From Candidatus Eiseniibacteriota bacterium (GTDB lineage: Bacteria; Eisenbacteria; RBG-16-71-46): a DNA stretch of 64,000 nt. Of the stretch, positions 49,709-60,575 are shown in pieces. Location: NCBI GenBank assembly GCA_038231135.1, contig JBBRLX010000015.1, positions 1 through 64,000 of the forward strand, in the 5' to 3' direction. The notes under the pieces are model-generated. The model worked only from the letters and a program-made list of their open reading frames with translations, was not told the origin of the DNA and did no database searches. How positions within the stretch are numbered: the stretch's first letter is position 1; each line of letters opens with the position of its first letter. The position numbers and the translations under genes were made by a program.

Positions 49709-49993
49709 CTAGGATTTCGCGGCTGCGGGCGTTGCGGCTTCGGGCGTTTCGGCTTCGGGAGTCGCCGTGGCGTCCTTCTTCTCGTAGCGCTTGCGGAACC
49801 GCTCGACGCGCCCCGCCTTGTCCACGATGCGCTGCTTGCCGGTGTAGAACGGATGGCAGTTCGAGCAGATGTCGAGATGGACCTTGCCGTCCGAGGTGCT
49901 CGGCGTGATCGTCGTGCGCGTCTCCCACTCGAAGTTGCAGCCGTAACAGTGGAATGTGCGCAGCACGTACACGGGGTGAATGCCTGCCTTCAT
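49709..49993 (-). CDS. rpmE: 50S ribosomal protein L31 (zinc-binding type)
   Basis: MKAGIHP, CYGC, CSNCHPFYTG, GRVERF. Confidence 0.96.
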   Translation of the reverse strand: MKAGIHPVYVLRTFHCYGCNFEWETRTTITPSTSDGKVHLDICSNCHPFYTGKQRIVDKAGRVERFRKRYEKKDATATPEAETPEAATPAAAKS

Positions 49994-50301
49994 CGGAATT
50001 TCCTTTCGAGCGCCGTCGAATGCCACAGGGACTGTCCTATGACCCGAAACGGTGGCGTGCCCGGCCGCCGGATGGTCCGGCGTGTGGGCCGCGGGTTGAA
50101 GCGGTTGAGGAGTATGCCACAGCGGGTTGCAGGGCCGCCAGCGACCAGGCGGTCGGGTGCGTCCCGGACCCTCAGACGCGCGCGCTGCGGTTTCGATTCC
50201 CGGCTTTCCACAATTTCGCTGGACACGCGTCCGAAATTGACTAAAATACGAATCTGGTCATTCGTTCAGTCCCGATTCCAGGAGATCCGGACGTGCGCAG
50301 C

Positions 50302-50946
50302 GTGAACCCGGTGCCCGAAACCTCCGAGCGCATCCTCGACGCCGCCGACCGGCTGCTCGGCCGGTTCGGTTACCGCAAGACCACGGTCGAGGATCTGGCG
50401 CGCGAGGCCGGGATCGGCAAGGGCACCGTCTATCTGTCGTTCGAGAGCAAGGAGAGCATCGCGCTCGCCTGCATCGATCGCATGGTCGACCGGCTGCTCG
50501 GCCGGCTGCGCGCAATCGCCGTCACCCCGGAATCGCCCGCGCGCCGGGTGCGCGCGATGCTGATCGAGCGGGTCATGCACCGGTTCGACTATGCCGCCCA
50601 GCATTCCACGAGCGTGGAGGAGCTGGTGGCGTCGCTGCGCCCCCGCCTGCTCGAACGCCGGGCCGGCTACTTCCGTGCCGAGGCCGAGCTGCTGGCCGCG
50701 GTGATCACCGAGGGACGGCGCACGGCCAGCTTCCTCGTTTCCGACCCTCACGAGGCGGCCTACGCGCTGGTACTCGCCACCAACGCGCTGCTGCCTTACA
50801 GCCTCGCCGTTCACGAGCTCGGCCGCCGCGCGGATATCGAGCGGCGGGCCGGGCACATCGCAGAGCTGTTGCTGCACGGGCTCGAAGGCGGCGTGACGGG
50901 TACGGCACGCCGCCGCCCCCACGCCCGCGAAAGGACTTCGTCATGA
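50302..50946 (+). CDS. TetR/AcrR-family regulator
   Basis: ILDAA...GYRKTTVEDLAREAGIGKGTVYLSFESK. Confidence 0.92.
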   Translation: MNPVPETSERILDAADRLLGRFGYRKTTVEDLAREAGIGKGTVYLSFESKESIALACIDRMVDRLLGRLRAIAVTPESPARRVRAMLIERVMHRFDYAAQHSTSVEELVASLRPRLLERRAGYFRAEAELLAAVITEGRRTASFLVSDPHEAAYALVLATNALLPYSLAVHELGRRADIERRAGHIAELLLHGLEGGVTGTARRRPHARERTSS

Positions 50947-52142
50947 GATCCGCTGCCGTTTCCACCGCGCGACTCGACTCCCGGTTCCGCCGGCACGTGG
51001 CGGCCGCCATGGCGTCGGCGCTGTTCGCCGCCCTCGCGGCGAGCCGCGCCCACGCCCAATTCAACTTCCCATCTCCCGACCAGGCCGACATGAAGATCGA
51101 CGCGGCGACGCGCGCCGCGGTCGTCGAGAGCCTGGCGACGCAGGTCGACCGGCGCTACGTGTTCCCGGACGTCGCGAAGCGAACCGCGCTCGCGCTCCGC
51201 AGCCGGCTCAAGAAGGGCGATTTCAACGCGATCACTTCAGCGAAGGAATTCGCCGATTCCCTCACGGCCACGCTGCACGCCGTGGGCAAGGACCGGCATT
51301 TTCATACGTTCTACTACGATCGCGCGCTGCCGCCCGACGCGTTCGCCCGCGGCGAACCGTCGGCCGCCGAGCGCGCGATCGAGGAGCTGAACGCGCGGCG
51401 GTTGAACCACGGCTTCGAGCGGATCCAGCGGCTCGCCGGCAACGTCGGCTACCTGGAGCTGCGCTCGTTCGACGGCTCGCCCGAAGCGGGCGCGCTCGCC
51501 CAGGCCGCGATGACGCTGCTCGGCAATTCCGACGCGCTGATCGTGGACCTGCGCCGCAACGGCGGCGGCGACCCCAACATGATCATGCTGCTGATGAGCT
51601 GGCTGTTCCCGGCCGACGACCGCGTGCATGTGAACGACTTCTACGAGCGCGAGGGCGGCCGCACCGAGCAGTTCTGGACGCTGACGTCGCTGCCCGGGCC
51701 ACGCTACGTGGACAAGGAGGTGTACGTGCTCACGGGATCGCGGACCGCGTCGGCCGCGGAGGAATTCGCGTACGACGTGAAGAGCCTCAGGCGGGGCACG
51801 GTGGTGGGTGAAACGACGGCGGGCGGCGCGAATCCCGGGGCCATGGTCCGGCTCAACGACCACTTCGCGGCGTTCATCTCCGACGGTCGCGCGGTGAACC
51901 CGGTGACGGGCACCAACTGGGAGGGCGTGGGCGTGGCGCCCGACGTCCGCGTGCCGGCCGGGGACGCGCTCAAGACCGCACACCTGGCGGCGCTCACGAA
52001 GCTGCTGGACAAGGCCTCCGACCCCGAGCGCAAGGCCGCGCTCACGCGGGCGCTGGACCAGGTGACGGCGACGCCGCCGGAGCCGCTCGACATGGGCGGC
52101 CCGCCCAACGGCCAGCCACGGCGCGTGGTGATGGGCCGCTGA
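50943..52142 (+). CDS. Secreted S41-family peptidase
   Basis: Signal peptide, [26 protein letters not shown]. Confidence 0.92.
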   Translation: MRSAAVSTARLDSRFRRHVAAAMASALFAALAASRAHAQFNFPSPDQADMKIDAATRAAVVESLATQVDRRYVFPDVAKRTALALRSRLKKGDFNAITSAKEFADSLTATLHAVGKDRHFHTFYYDRALPPDAFARGEPSAAERAIEELNARRLNHGFERIQRLAGNVGYLELRSFDGSPEAGALAQAAMTLLGNSDALIVDLRRNGGGDPNMIMLLMSWLFPADDRVHVNDFYEREGGRTEQFWTLTSLPGPRYVDKEVYVLTGSRTASAAEEFAYDVKSLRRGTVVGETTAGGANPGAMVRLNDHFAAFISDGRAVNPVTGTNWEGVGVAPDVRVPAGDALKTAHLAALTKLLDKASDPERKAALTRALDQVTATPPEPLDMGGPPNGQPRRVVMGR

Positions 52143-52184
52143 AGCGGCCGCCGGGGCTGACTCGGATATCCCGGCCACGGCTGC

Positions 52185-52230
52185 AAACAAACGACGCGAC
52201 CGCCTGCGAATTCTGCGGGCGGTCGCGTCG
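52185..52230 (-). terminator. Intrinsic terminator after rho, possibly bidirectional
   Basis: 16-bp GC stem followed on the minus strand by TTTGTTT. Confidence 0.7.
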
Positions 52231-52263
52231 AGCGTTCGGGACCAAAGGGTCGGTGGCAATCTC

Positions 52264-53577
52264 CTACGAGTTCATGCTCTCCAGGAACTTCTTGTTCGTC
52301 TTGGTGTCCGACAGCTTGGAGATCAGGAATTCCATCGCCTCGACCGAGTTCAGCTCGTTCAGGAACTTGCGCAGGATCCACACGCGCTGGAGCGTCTCGG
52401 GCGTCATCAGCAGCTCTTCCTTGCGGGTGCCCGACTTGTTGATGTCGATGGCCGGGAAGATGCGCTTGTCCGAGATCTTGCGGTCGAGCACCAGCTCGGA
52501 ATTGCCGGTGCCCTTGAACTCCTCGAAGATCACCTCGTCCATGCGCGAGCCGGTGTCGATCAGCGCCGTGGCGATGATCGTGAGCGAGCCGCCGCCCTCG
52601 ATGTTGCGCGCCGAGCCGAAGAACCGCTTGGGCCGCTGCAGAGCGTTCGCGTCGACGCCGCCCGACAAAATCTTGCCGGAGTGCGGCACCACGGTGTTGT
52701 GGGCGCGCGCGAGCCGGGTGATCGAATCGAGCAGGATCACCACGTCACGCTTGTGCTCGACGAGCCGCTTGGCCTTCTCGATCACCATCTCGGCCACCTG
52801 CACGTGGCGCTCGGCGGGCTCGTCGAACGTCGACGAAATCACCTCGCCCTTGACCGTGCGCTGCATGTCGGTGACTTCCTCGGGGCGCTCGTCGATCAGC
52901 AGCACGATCAGCATCACTTCCGGATGGTTCTCGCTGATCGCGTTCGCGATCTTCTGCAGCAGGATCGTCTTGCCGGCCTTGGGCGGCGACGTGATCAGCG
53001 CGCGCTGGCCCTTGCCGATCGGGCACAGCAGGTCGATGATCCGGGTCTCGATGCAGCGATCCTTGGTCTCGAGCGACACCTTGTCCTGCGGGTAGAGCGG
53101 CGTCAGGTTGTCGAACAGGATCTTGTCCTTGGCCGCCTCGGGACTCTCGAAATTGACCGCCTCGACGCGCAGCAGCGCGAAGTACCGCTCGCCTTCCTTG
53201 GGCGGGCGCACCTGCCCGGACACCGTATCGCCGGTGTGGAGATCGAACCGCTTGATCTGCGACGGCGACACGTAGATGTCGTCGGGACCGGGCAGATAGT
53301 TGTAGCTCGGCGCGCGCAGGAAGCCGTAGCCCTCGGGCAGGATTTCGAGCACGCCCTCGGCGAAGATCAGCCCGTTCTTCTCGGTCTGGGCCTCGAGGAT
53401 CTTGAAGATCAGCTCCTGCTTGCGGAGCCCGCTCGTGCCCTGGATGTCGAGCTCCTGGGACAGATTGAGGAGCTCCGCCATGGTCTTGCCCTTGAGCGTG
53501 GTCAATTCCATAGTCTGCGCGCTGGTCGTCAGGACCGAGGTGGGTATGGGAGTTGCGGGTGTGATCTGCGTTTCCAT
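52264..53577 (-). CDS. rho: Transcription termination factor Rho
   Basis: [38 protein letters not shown]. Confidence 0.98.
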   Translation of the reverse strand: METQITPATPIPTSVLTTSAQTMELTTLKGKTMAELLNLSQELDIQGTSGLRKQELIFKILEAQTEKNGLIFAEGVLEILPEGYGFLRAPSYNYLPGPDDIYVSPSQIKRFDLHTGDTVSGQVRPPKEGERYFALLRVEAVNFESPEAAKDKILFDNLTPLYPQDKVSLETKDRCIETRIIDLLCPIGKGQRALITSPPKAGKTILLQKIANAISENHPEVMLIVLLIDERPEEVTDMQRTVKGEVISSTFDEPAERHVQVAEMVIEKAKRLVEHKRDVVILLDSITRLARAHNTVVPHSGKILSGGVDANALQRPKRFFGSARNIEGGGSLTIIATALIDTGSRMDEVIFEEFKGTGNSELVLDRKISDKRIFPAIDINKSGTRKEELLMTPETLQRVWILRKFLNELNSVEAMEFLISKLSDTKTNKKFLESMNS

Positions 53578-53891
53578 CGCGTCTCGCCTCTGAGGTTGGG
53601 CGGTACTGCTCCTGCGCAGGCCTGATGGCCGTGCAGCCCTGTTGGGTGGGATGGGTCGGGCTCGGGGGTCCGGAACGACCAGGAACGTTGCTGCCTTTGG
53701 GGTGACCTGCGAGTGGTATCTGCGTACGAGGATCGGTGGATTCGCACCCGCCGAATCTTGGATTTTGGAGCCGTTGGAACTGGAGCCCTGTCGGATGGTC
53801 GTCGCGAAATCGAAGAGGACCCGGGGTGGATCAAGGGTCGCTGAGGACCAGCCGATCAGGTCGCAAGCGGCGCGAGCCACTCACGAAGCCA

Positions 53892-53920
53892 AGGTTATGC
53901 GCGGCCCTCACACTTGTCAA
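53892..53920 (-). promoter_or_regulatory. Sigma70 promoter of rho
   Basis: TTGACA-17nt-TAACCT. Confidence 0.7.
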
Positions 53921-54058
53921 GATATTGTATCGGCGGCGGCATCCGCCCTGTCGAGGAGTTTGCCATCTGCAATACCGTTGAGATGCGAAACGATCGATCG
54001 GGATCGATCCCGGCTTCGGGGGGCGGCCCGGTTCCGCTCGAAGTCGTTGTAATTGAAT

Positions 54059-54228
54059 GGGCTTGGCGTCCATGCCGCGATTGGCATGGACGCTGCAATA
54101 CATCTCGATCGAGCGGGGCGCGTGAGCCCAAGTCCTACCCAGCCCAGCCTGCCATCTCCGGACCGGCTTCCACTCTGCTCGACTTCCTGACGGCGCCTCG
54201 GCCATCCGGCCGGGGCGCTGAGTTTTTT
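54059..54228 (+). ncRNA. Candidate small RNA with its own intrinsic terminator
   Basis: 11-bp perfect hairpin 54066-54093; plus-strand terminator 54192-54228 ending in T6, although both flanking genes are on the minus strand. Confidence 0.5.
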
Positions 54229-54244
54229 GCTGACGAGGGCCCCC

Positions 54245-54916
54245 TCAGGGGATCGCGCGCTTCAGGGCGAGCAGCACCCGCACCGACACCGGGTCCACCG
54301 AGCACCCGTGGGGCAGCGAGTCGGCGGAGGTGATCGCCTTCACCGAATCCGTCCGGCCTTCGAGTTGCACCGGCTTGAGCCTCACGCTGTCGAGCCGTGC
54401 CACCTCACGATAGGGGCCGTGCACCAGCACCCGGGCGGGATCGGTCGCGTACCGGCCGTCCCACTGCCAGCCCGGGCGCGGCGCACCCGTCACCCGGATC
54501 GCGAGTGGCAGGTTCCGCGCCAGCTTGCACTCGATGTCGAGCGCGATCACCCGCGAGCTCGCCATGCGCTGCACTTCGAGGCCCTCGTCGTGCATCAACG
54601 GCAGGTCCTCGGGCACCACGGTGCGCTCGTAGTGGCCGGGCCCCACGCCGGCGAGCGACACCTTGAGCCGCGGTTCGGTGAGCCTCAGGCGGATGAGCTG
54701 TTTCCCGGTGCCGCGCAACTCCGCGCGCACCGGCTCGGGGGGCGGCCCGCTCAGCGCCAGCGTGTCGGCGAGATCGGTGATCTCGAGCGGAAAGCTCACC
54801 AGCATCGCGGCGGGGCGCTCGGTGTACACGTGCAGATAGAGCGCGATCGCGAGCAGCAGCGCGACCAGCTTAACGCCCAGGTTCTCGAGCAGCACGCTGC
54901 GCAGCAGGGTGAGCAT
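54245..54916 (-). CDS. YbbR/CdaR-like protein
   Basis: ENLGVKLVALLLAIALY N-terminal TM followed by two YbbR-like repeats. Confidence 0.8.
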   Translation of the reverse strand: MLTLLRSVLLENLGVKLVALLLAIALYLHVYTERPAAMLVSFPLEITDLADTLALSGPPPEPVRAELRGTGKQLIRLRLTEPRLKVSLAGVGPGHYERTVVPEDLPLMHDEGLEVQRMASSRVIALDIECKLARNLPLAIRVTGAPRPGWQWDGRYATDPARVLVHGPYREVARLDSVRLKPVQLEGRTDSVKAITSADSLPHGCSVDPVSVRVLLALKRAIP

Positions 54917-54965
54917 CGTCTTAGTCCCTAAGGTCCGAGCATCTCGATCAGGGGCTCGGAGGTCA

Positions 54966-55715
54966 TCAATCCTCCCCATCCTCGAACCGTACCCGGGCGA
55001 GGATCACGGTGATGTTGTCGTGGCCGCCGCGCGATTTCGCGAGCTCGATGAGGCCGCTGGCTGCCGCGCCCAGGTCGACCTGGCGCGCGTGATCGAGCAG
55101 CTCGGCATCCTCGACGAGCCCGTGCAGCCCGTCCGAGGACAGCAGCAGCGTGTCGCCGTTCGTGAGCACCACGGTGCCGGTGTCGATCTCGACCTCGGGT
55201 CCCACGCCCAGACTGCGCGTCACCACGTTGCGACGCGGATCCACGCGCGCCTGCTCGGGCGTCAGGTGCTGGAACTCGACGAGCTGGGCGACCAGCGAAT
55301 GATCGCGCGTGAACTGCCGGATCCCGCCATCGCGCACCAGATAGGCGCGGCTGTCGCCGACGTGGGCAAACACCGCCGCGCGCGGATGCACGACCACCGC
55401 GGTGCAGGTGGTCCCCATGCCGCGGCGCTCGGGATTGGCGACGCTGTCCGCGTGCACCAGGGCGTTCGCCCCCTGGACCAGGTCGCGGAGCGCATCCTCC
55501 CCGGCCGCCGCCGCGATGGCGCGGCTGCCGGCGATCACGTGGTCCACGGCCAGCAGGCTCGCCACCTCGCCGGCACGGGCGCCGCCCATGCCATCGGCGA
55601 CGACGAGCATGCACGCCGGCGATTCGCCGCTGCCGGCGCACCAGACGGCGTGATGGTCCTCGTTCTGCGAGCGCTTGAGGCCGATGTCGGTCATGGCGTG
55701 GATGTCGGTGAGCAT
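54966..55715 (-). CDS. PP2C-type Ser/Thr phosphatase (Stp1 family)
   Basis: NED, VADGMGG, MGTT, HVGDSRAY, SSDGL, GGHDNIT. Confidence 0.94.
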   Translation of the reverse strand: MLTDIHAMTDIGLKRSQNEDHHAVWCAGSGESPACMLVVADGMGGARAGEVASLLAVDHVIAGSRAIAAAAGEDALRDLVQGANALVHADSVANPERRGMGTTCTAVVVHPRAAVFAHVGDSRAYLVRDGGIRQFTRDHSLVAQLVEFQHLTPEQARVDPRRNVVTRSLGVGPEVEIDTGTVVLTNGDTLLLSSDGLHGLVEDAELLDHARQVDLGAAASGLIELAKSRGGHDNITVILARVRFEDGED

Positions 55716-55823
55716 GATGGTCGCATTCTGTCGGTTGCACGACTCGAATTCAAACACTGCCGGACGCGCGAAGGGCGGGCTCGATGGCCCGCCCTCCGGT
55801 GCTGCCGTGTCCGTGAACGACGA

Positions 55824-58800
55824 TCAGCGCAGCGTGACGATCTTGCGATGGAACGTGTGGCCGTCCACGTCCATCAGGGAATAGTAGACCCCCGGCTGGA
55901 CCGTGCGCCCGTGGTCGTCGGAGCGATCCCAGCGCACCGAGTGCATGCCCGGCGCCAGCCGGTCGTCGACCAGCGTGCGCAGCTTGCGTCCGCCGATGTC
56001 GTAGATCGACAGCCGCACCGAAGCCGTGGCGGGCAGGCCGAACACGATCGTCGTCGACTGCTGCACCGGGTTCGGCGCGTTCTGCCGCAGCTCGATTTCG
56101 CGCGGCACGGCCGGCCCCACCGCGGTGAGCGCGTTGCCGTTCACGTGGATGTCGAGTGCCCGCGCGCTGCCCCAGTTGCCCGCCGCGTCGCGGCCGCGCA
56201 CCCACAGCCTGGTGTTGCCGGCGTTGACGCCGCTCACCGGGATCGTGGCGGTCACGGCTTCGGACGACGTCGTGAAGCCGCCCGTCATCGCGTGACCCGC
56301 GCCCGCCGGAGCCGGAATCGCGCCGGAGCTCCATTCGGCCGCGGTCACGTTCGAGCCGCCCTGCAGCACGTCGGACAGCGTGGCCGCGATCGAGCTGGTC
56401 GCGGTGTTCACGATCGGGTTCGGATTGACCTGGATCGAGCCCGCGACCACCGCCGGTCCGGTCCCGTCGCCGCCGGCGTGAACGATCGAGAACACCGCGT
56501 CGCTGACGTCGAACCCGCTGAGCGCCGGCGTGCCGTTGTCCTTCACCCGGATGCGGATGCGTCCCGACGCCGTGTTGCCGACGCCCGCCACGTTCCAGTT
56601 ATAGGGGCTGGGGCCCGCGCTCGGCGTCACCGTGACCCACGACACGCCGTTGTCGGGCGAATACTCGATGATGCGCGACGTGATCGTGGCGCCGTCCGCG
56701 GCTTCGGTCCAGGTGATGTTCACCGCGGGCGCGCTGATCACCTCGCCCCCGTTGGGCGACCCCACCGTCACCGTGGGCTTGTCGCGGCCCATCAGCCAGG
56801 TGAGCGTGCGGTGCAGCACGTCGCGGCGCACCGCGCTCGACGGATCCAGGTTGAAGTCGATGTTGGTCCACTCGAAGAACATCGCCTCGAGCCGCGTTGC
56901 CTGGCCGCCCCACTTCGCGGCGCCGGCCGAGCCCACGGGTGTCGGGCTCTCCCAGCGCACGCCGGCCGTCGCGGGGGACCCGTCGCCGCTCAGCCACGAT
57001 CCGAACGCGTCGCCGGCGGCGGTCACTTCATCGCCCGACGCGCCGGCGCGGGGCTCCTGATAGGGGAGTCCGGCGGTATAGGGATCGCTGATCGGATCGC
57101 CGCTGACGCCAATCACCTGCGTCCAGGCCGGCGGATCCGCCACGAACGTCGAACGCAGCGAGTTCTGCAGCCACGCCTGGCGCTGCGGGGTGTAGTACGG
57201 CGACGTCGGCTCGGCGAGCGCCCAGCCCAGATCCTGGCCTTCGATCGCGAACCGGCCGCCGCCCGCCAGGTACTGGTCGATCGAGTCGCGCGCGGCGTCG
57301 GACACCGGCGGGTACTGATCGAGCCCCGGCTGCCACCACACCACGTCGTAGGACCGCATGCCGCTCGTGAGATTGCCGACCGCGGGATTGTCCGCGAGCG
57401 TCCCCGACCAGGTGTCGTAGAACCAGCCCAGCTCGTTGAGCGCCGCGTCGTACCGCTGCGGGCGCTCGAACGGGCTGGCGTTGTAGACCACGAGCAGGTC
57501 GCCGGGCGGCCGGACGGTGAACCGGTAGTGCTGGCCGCCGTTGTCGTCGCGCGTGACGTTGCCGTTCAGGTCCTGCGACTCGACGTCGAACAGGTAGGTG
57601 CTGCCGGGAGTGAGACCCGTGATCGTCTCGCCATGGGCGAGCGTCGCCACCGGATCGAGCGGCGTCGAGCTGCCGAGCGCCGCCGTGGTGCCGTAGTAGA
57701 CGCGCGAGTTCGCGTTGGTGTTCGTGGTCCAGACCACGGTGGTGGCGCCGGTGCCCGCGCTCTGCGCCTGCACGGCCGTGATCAACGGCGGATAGAACGA
57801 CACTGCCGCGGTCTGCGTGACGTTCGCGACCGGGTTCGCGTCGTGATAGGTGGCGGTGATCACGTCGCCGTTCGACACCTGCACGAAGCCATCGCCGGCC
57901 GAGCCGACGTTGGGCGACAGCGTCACCGTGCCCGAATAGATCCCGTTCGCGCCGGACAGGTTGACGGTCTCGCCCGTCGCGTCGGTGGACGACGTCACGG
58001 TGATGGGAACGGTCGCCGCGCCGTTGGTGTCGGTGACGCGCAGTTGCACCGTGCTGCCGGACCCGTAGGAGGCGCGATCGAGCGCGACCGCGCCGGCGTT
58101 GGTGCCGACGCCGCCCGTGATCGTCAGGCCGAATGGCTGCGGACCGACGGGCACGTTGTTGCCGTCCACCTGGATCGTCCAGACCCCCGGCGCCGGTGTC
58201 TTGACGAGCACCGCCTCTTCGACGTTGCGGCTGTCGTAGGTGCCGCCGGTCACCGAGAAACCGGCCGAATACGCGTTGCCCTTGTAGGTGACGACGCCGT
58301 TCGTGACCGTCAGGTTGAGGTCGTTCACGAGCTCCACGGCCGCCGACGGGTTGCCGGGGTAGTCGGTCCAGCACAGCGTGACCTCGAGGTTCGTCGAATC
58401 GTTGACCACGTTCACGTGGTACTGAATCGACTGCCCGTTGCCGAGGCCGGCCGTCTGGTCGACGAGCAGCAGCCGGCGCTGGTCCCGGCCGCCAATGCCA
58501 CCCCCGAAGTACAGCACGCTGTCGGCGCACACGCGCCCGTAGCCGATGTTGTTGTCGGGGGCGTTGAGTCCCGCGGGCGAGGTGATGGAGTTGACGCCGG
58601 AATTCACCACCATCGACTTGAGCAGCGCGGCCGACGGCGAGAAGCCGTTCGCGGGCGTCTTGAACCCCGTCGGGTACCAGCCCTCCGTGCAGTACTGGCG
58701 GATCAGGGCGGTCATGCCGGCGGCCGCCGGCGATGCCATCGAGGTGCCGGACAGCCCGGCGTAGTTGGCCGGCCCGTTCTGCGCCGAGGTCACGACGGAC

Positions 58801-60575
58801 GCCGGAGCGCAGATCGTCGGCTTGCGCCGCAGGTCCGCAGTGGGCCCGCGGCTCGTCGTCGTGTAGAGCGAGTTCTCGTTCGCGATCGAGCCGTTCTTGA
58901 CGCCGCCGACGCTGACGCAGTCCTTGGCGGACGCCGGTGAGCCGACGGTGCCCGACGTGGACGAATTGCCGTTGGAAAAGAAGATCAGGTAGTCGGGGTG
59001 ATTCCACATGAACTGATCGACGTTGTAGGAGTCGATCGTGTAGGCGCCCATCACCGCCGAGCCCCATGAATTCGTGGAGATGCGCGCGGCGCCGCCGGCG
59101 TTGCCGGTGTAGGACGGCTGGAACAGGTCGTTCAGGTCGGCCGGCGGTGCCAGGCCGTTCGCCAGCGCCGTGCCCCCCATGTCCGAGTGCCAGATCTTCG
59201 CGAACTTGGCGACCCCGTCGAATCCGGAAAACGGCGGCGTCAGGTCGTTGCCGGCCAGCGTGCCGCTGGTGTGGCTGCCGTGAAACGACGCCCCCGCGTG
59301 GTCGCCGAACTCGATCGCGGGATCGTCCGAGGCGCGGTCGTACTCGATCACCTTGCGATGCGTGGGATAGGCGCCGAACGTCGTCAGCGGCACCGCGGGG
59401 TCGTTGTAGTTCTCGTGCGTCAGGTCGATGCCGCTGTCGGCGTGATGGAGCACCTGGCCTTCGCCGTGGAGACCGAGATCCCACAGCCGCCGGTTGCTGG
59501 TGGAGCCGGTCTGCACCTCCCACTGCACGGAGGTGTTGTCGACCGTCGGCTGCACGTAGGGCTCGATCCACGCCACGTCGGGATGCTGCGCGAGCTGCGC
59601 CACGGCGCTGCCCGGCAACATGATCCGGGCGATCTTGTTGATGCCGTTGTCCGAGGTCTTGAGCACCCGGCCGCCGACCGCCACGGCCGCCGCGCCGATG
59701 GCGCCGAGGTCGCCGTCGGCGAACGCCAGCACTTCCATGGTGCGCGGCGCGTCGGACTGGAGGTCGACCCGCCCGCTGATCTTGTACGCTGGCTGGAAAT
59801 TGCCGACCCAGGCGCCGGCGTTGTCCAGCGTCACGCTGCCCTGCGGCTTGAGCCGCACGAGGAACGTGTGATCGGGGACGTATGCCACGATTGTGCCGCC
59901 CGACTGCAGCACGCGCTGGCGCACCGCTTCCGGGTCGCCGGCGCCGTAATACATGAGGTAGGTACGGGTCGCGGTCACCGGCTGGTTCATCGCGCGCATG
60001 GCGGCCGGCAGCGCCGGCTCGCCGCGGGACGGATCGATCGTGTAGCCCGCCGCGAGGTGGATGCGATCCGCGGTCCGGTCCACGACCGGCGTGAAGCTCG
60101 TGATCGGCGAGGTCTCGAGATAGGGCGTGGCCGCCAGGTGATTCTCGAACTTCGGCGTCACGCGCAGCGAACGCGTCTCGCTGAACGTCAGCGGTCCGCC
60201 GCGGGTGACCGCGGTGCCGACCGCCCAGTAGAACCGCTGCTCCGCGTCGAACGATTCCTTGAGGTCGTCGAACGACGCGATCGGCTTCGCGAGCTCGAGC
60301 ACGCGGAACCGGTCGCCGTCCGGGGTGCGGGTCCAGGCGCGCGCATCGAACGGCGCGCTCGAGACGACCAGCACGTGACGCATGGCGCCCGACGGGGCCA
60401 GCCAGGCGAAGCGCAGGCCGCTCGCGGACGCGACCGCCCCGGCCTCGGGACCGACGAGCCGCGGTTGCAGCGGGTGCCCTGCGGGCAGGGCCGCCAGCGC
60501 GCCCCCGGCGAATGTGAGGGTCAGCGCGAGGGCGCCGAACAGCGTGAACCGCGCTCGACTGGAGCCGCCGATCAT
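55824..60575 (-). CDS. Large secreted S8 (subtilisin-like) serine protease with C-terminal FlgD-type Ig domain
   Basis: SD GGAGG, signal peptide, catalytic triad ADSGID / HGSHTSG / GTSMAS; tail QNAPNP...IYDIGGRKLR...PGVYY. Confidence 0.93.
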   Translation of the reverse strand: MIGGSSRARFTLFGALALTLTFAGGALAALPAGHPLQPRLVGPEAGAVASASGLRFAWLAPSGAMRHVLVVSSAPFDARAWTRTPDGDRFRVLELAKPIASFDDLKESFDAEQRFYWAVGTAVTRGGPLTFSETRSLRVTPKFENHLAATPYLETSPITSFTPVVDRTADRIHLAAGYTIDPSRGEPALPAAMRAMNQPVTATRTYLMYYGAGDPEAVRQRVLQSGGTIVAYVPDHTFLVRLKPQGSVTLDNAGAWVGNFQPAYKISGRVDLQSDAPRTMEVLAFADGDLGAIGAAAVAVGGRVLKTSDNGINKIARIMLPGSAVAQLAQHPDVAWIEPYVQPTVDNTSVQWEVQTGSTSNRRLWDLGLHGEGQVLHHADSGIDLTHENYNDPAVPLTTFGAYPTHRKVIEYDRASDDPAIEFGDHAGASFHGSHTSGTLAGNDLTPPFSGFDGVAKFAKIWHSDMGGTALANGLAPPADLNDLFQPSYTGNAGGAARISTNSWGSAVMGAYTIDSYNVDQFMWNHPDYLIFFSNGNSSTSGTVGSPASAKDCVSVGGVKNGSIANENSLYTTTSRGPTADLRRKPTICAPASVVTSAQNGPANYAGLSGTSMASPAAAGMTALIRQYCTEGWYPTGFKTPANGFSPSAALLKSMVVNSGVNSITSPAGLNAPDNNIGYGRVCADSVLYFGGGIGGRDQRRLLLVDQTAGLGNGQSIQYHVNVVNDSTNLEVTLCWTDYPGNPSAAVELVNDLNLTVTNGVVTYKGNAYSAGFSVTGGTYDSRNVEEAVLVKTPAPGVWTIQVDGNNVPVGPQPFGLTITGGVGTNAGAVALDRASYGSGSTVQLRVTDTNGAATVPITVTSSTDATGETVNLSGANGIYSGTVTLSPNVGSAGDGFVQVSNGDVITATYHDANPVANVTQTAAVSFYPPLITAVQAQSAGTGATTVVWTTNTNANSRVYYGTTAALGSSTPLDPVATLAHGETITGLTPGSTYLFDVESQDLNGNVTRDDNGGQHYRFTVRPPGDLLVVYNASPFERPQRYDAALNELGWFYDTWSGTLADNPAVGNLTSGMRSYDVVWWQPGLDQYPPVSDAARDSIDQYLAGGGRFAIEGQDLGWALAEPTSPYYTPQRQAWLQNSLRSTFVADPPAWTQVIGVSGDPISDPYTAGLPYQEPRAGASGDEVTAAGDAFGSWLSGDGSPATAGVRWESPTPVGSAGAAKWGGQATRLEAMFFEWTNIDFNLDPSSAVRRDVLHRTLTWLMGRDKPTVTVGSPNGGEVISAPAVNITWTEAADGATITSRIIEYSPDNGVSWVTVTPSAGPSPYNWNVAGVGNTASGRIRIRVKDNGTPALSGFDVSDAVFSIVHAGGDGTGPAVVAGSIQVNPNPIVNTATSSIAATLSDVLQGGSNVTAAEWSSGAIPAPAGAGHAMTGGFTTSSEAVTATIPVSGVNAGNTRLWVRGRDAAGNWGSARALDIHVNGNALTAVGPAVPREIELRQNAPNPVQQSTTIVFGLPATASVRLSIYDIGGRKLRTLVDDRLAPGMHSVRWDRSDDHGRTVQPGVYYSLMDVDGHTFHRKIVTLR

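Noticed and set aside
49718..49765. 15-bp periodic repeat at the end of rpmE
   Set aside because: Simply encodes a low-complexity TPEAE/TPEAA tail; no sign of separate function
54909..58940. 1343-aa plus-strand ORF, and similar long ORFs such as 30479-33670, 26552-28465 and 57028-59571
   Set aside because: Antisense or off-frame shadows of well-supported genes in high-GC DNA; Arg/Gly/Ala-rich with no motifs
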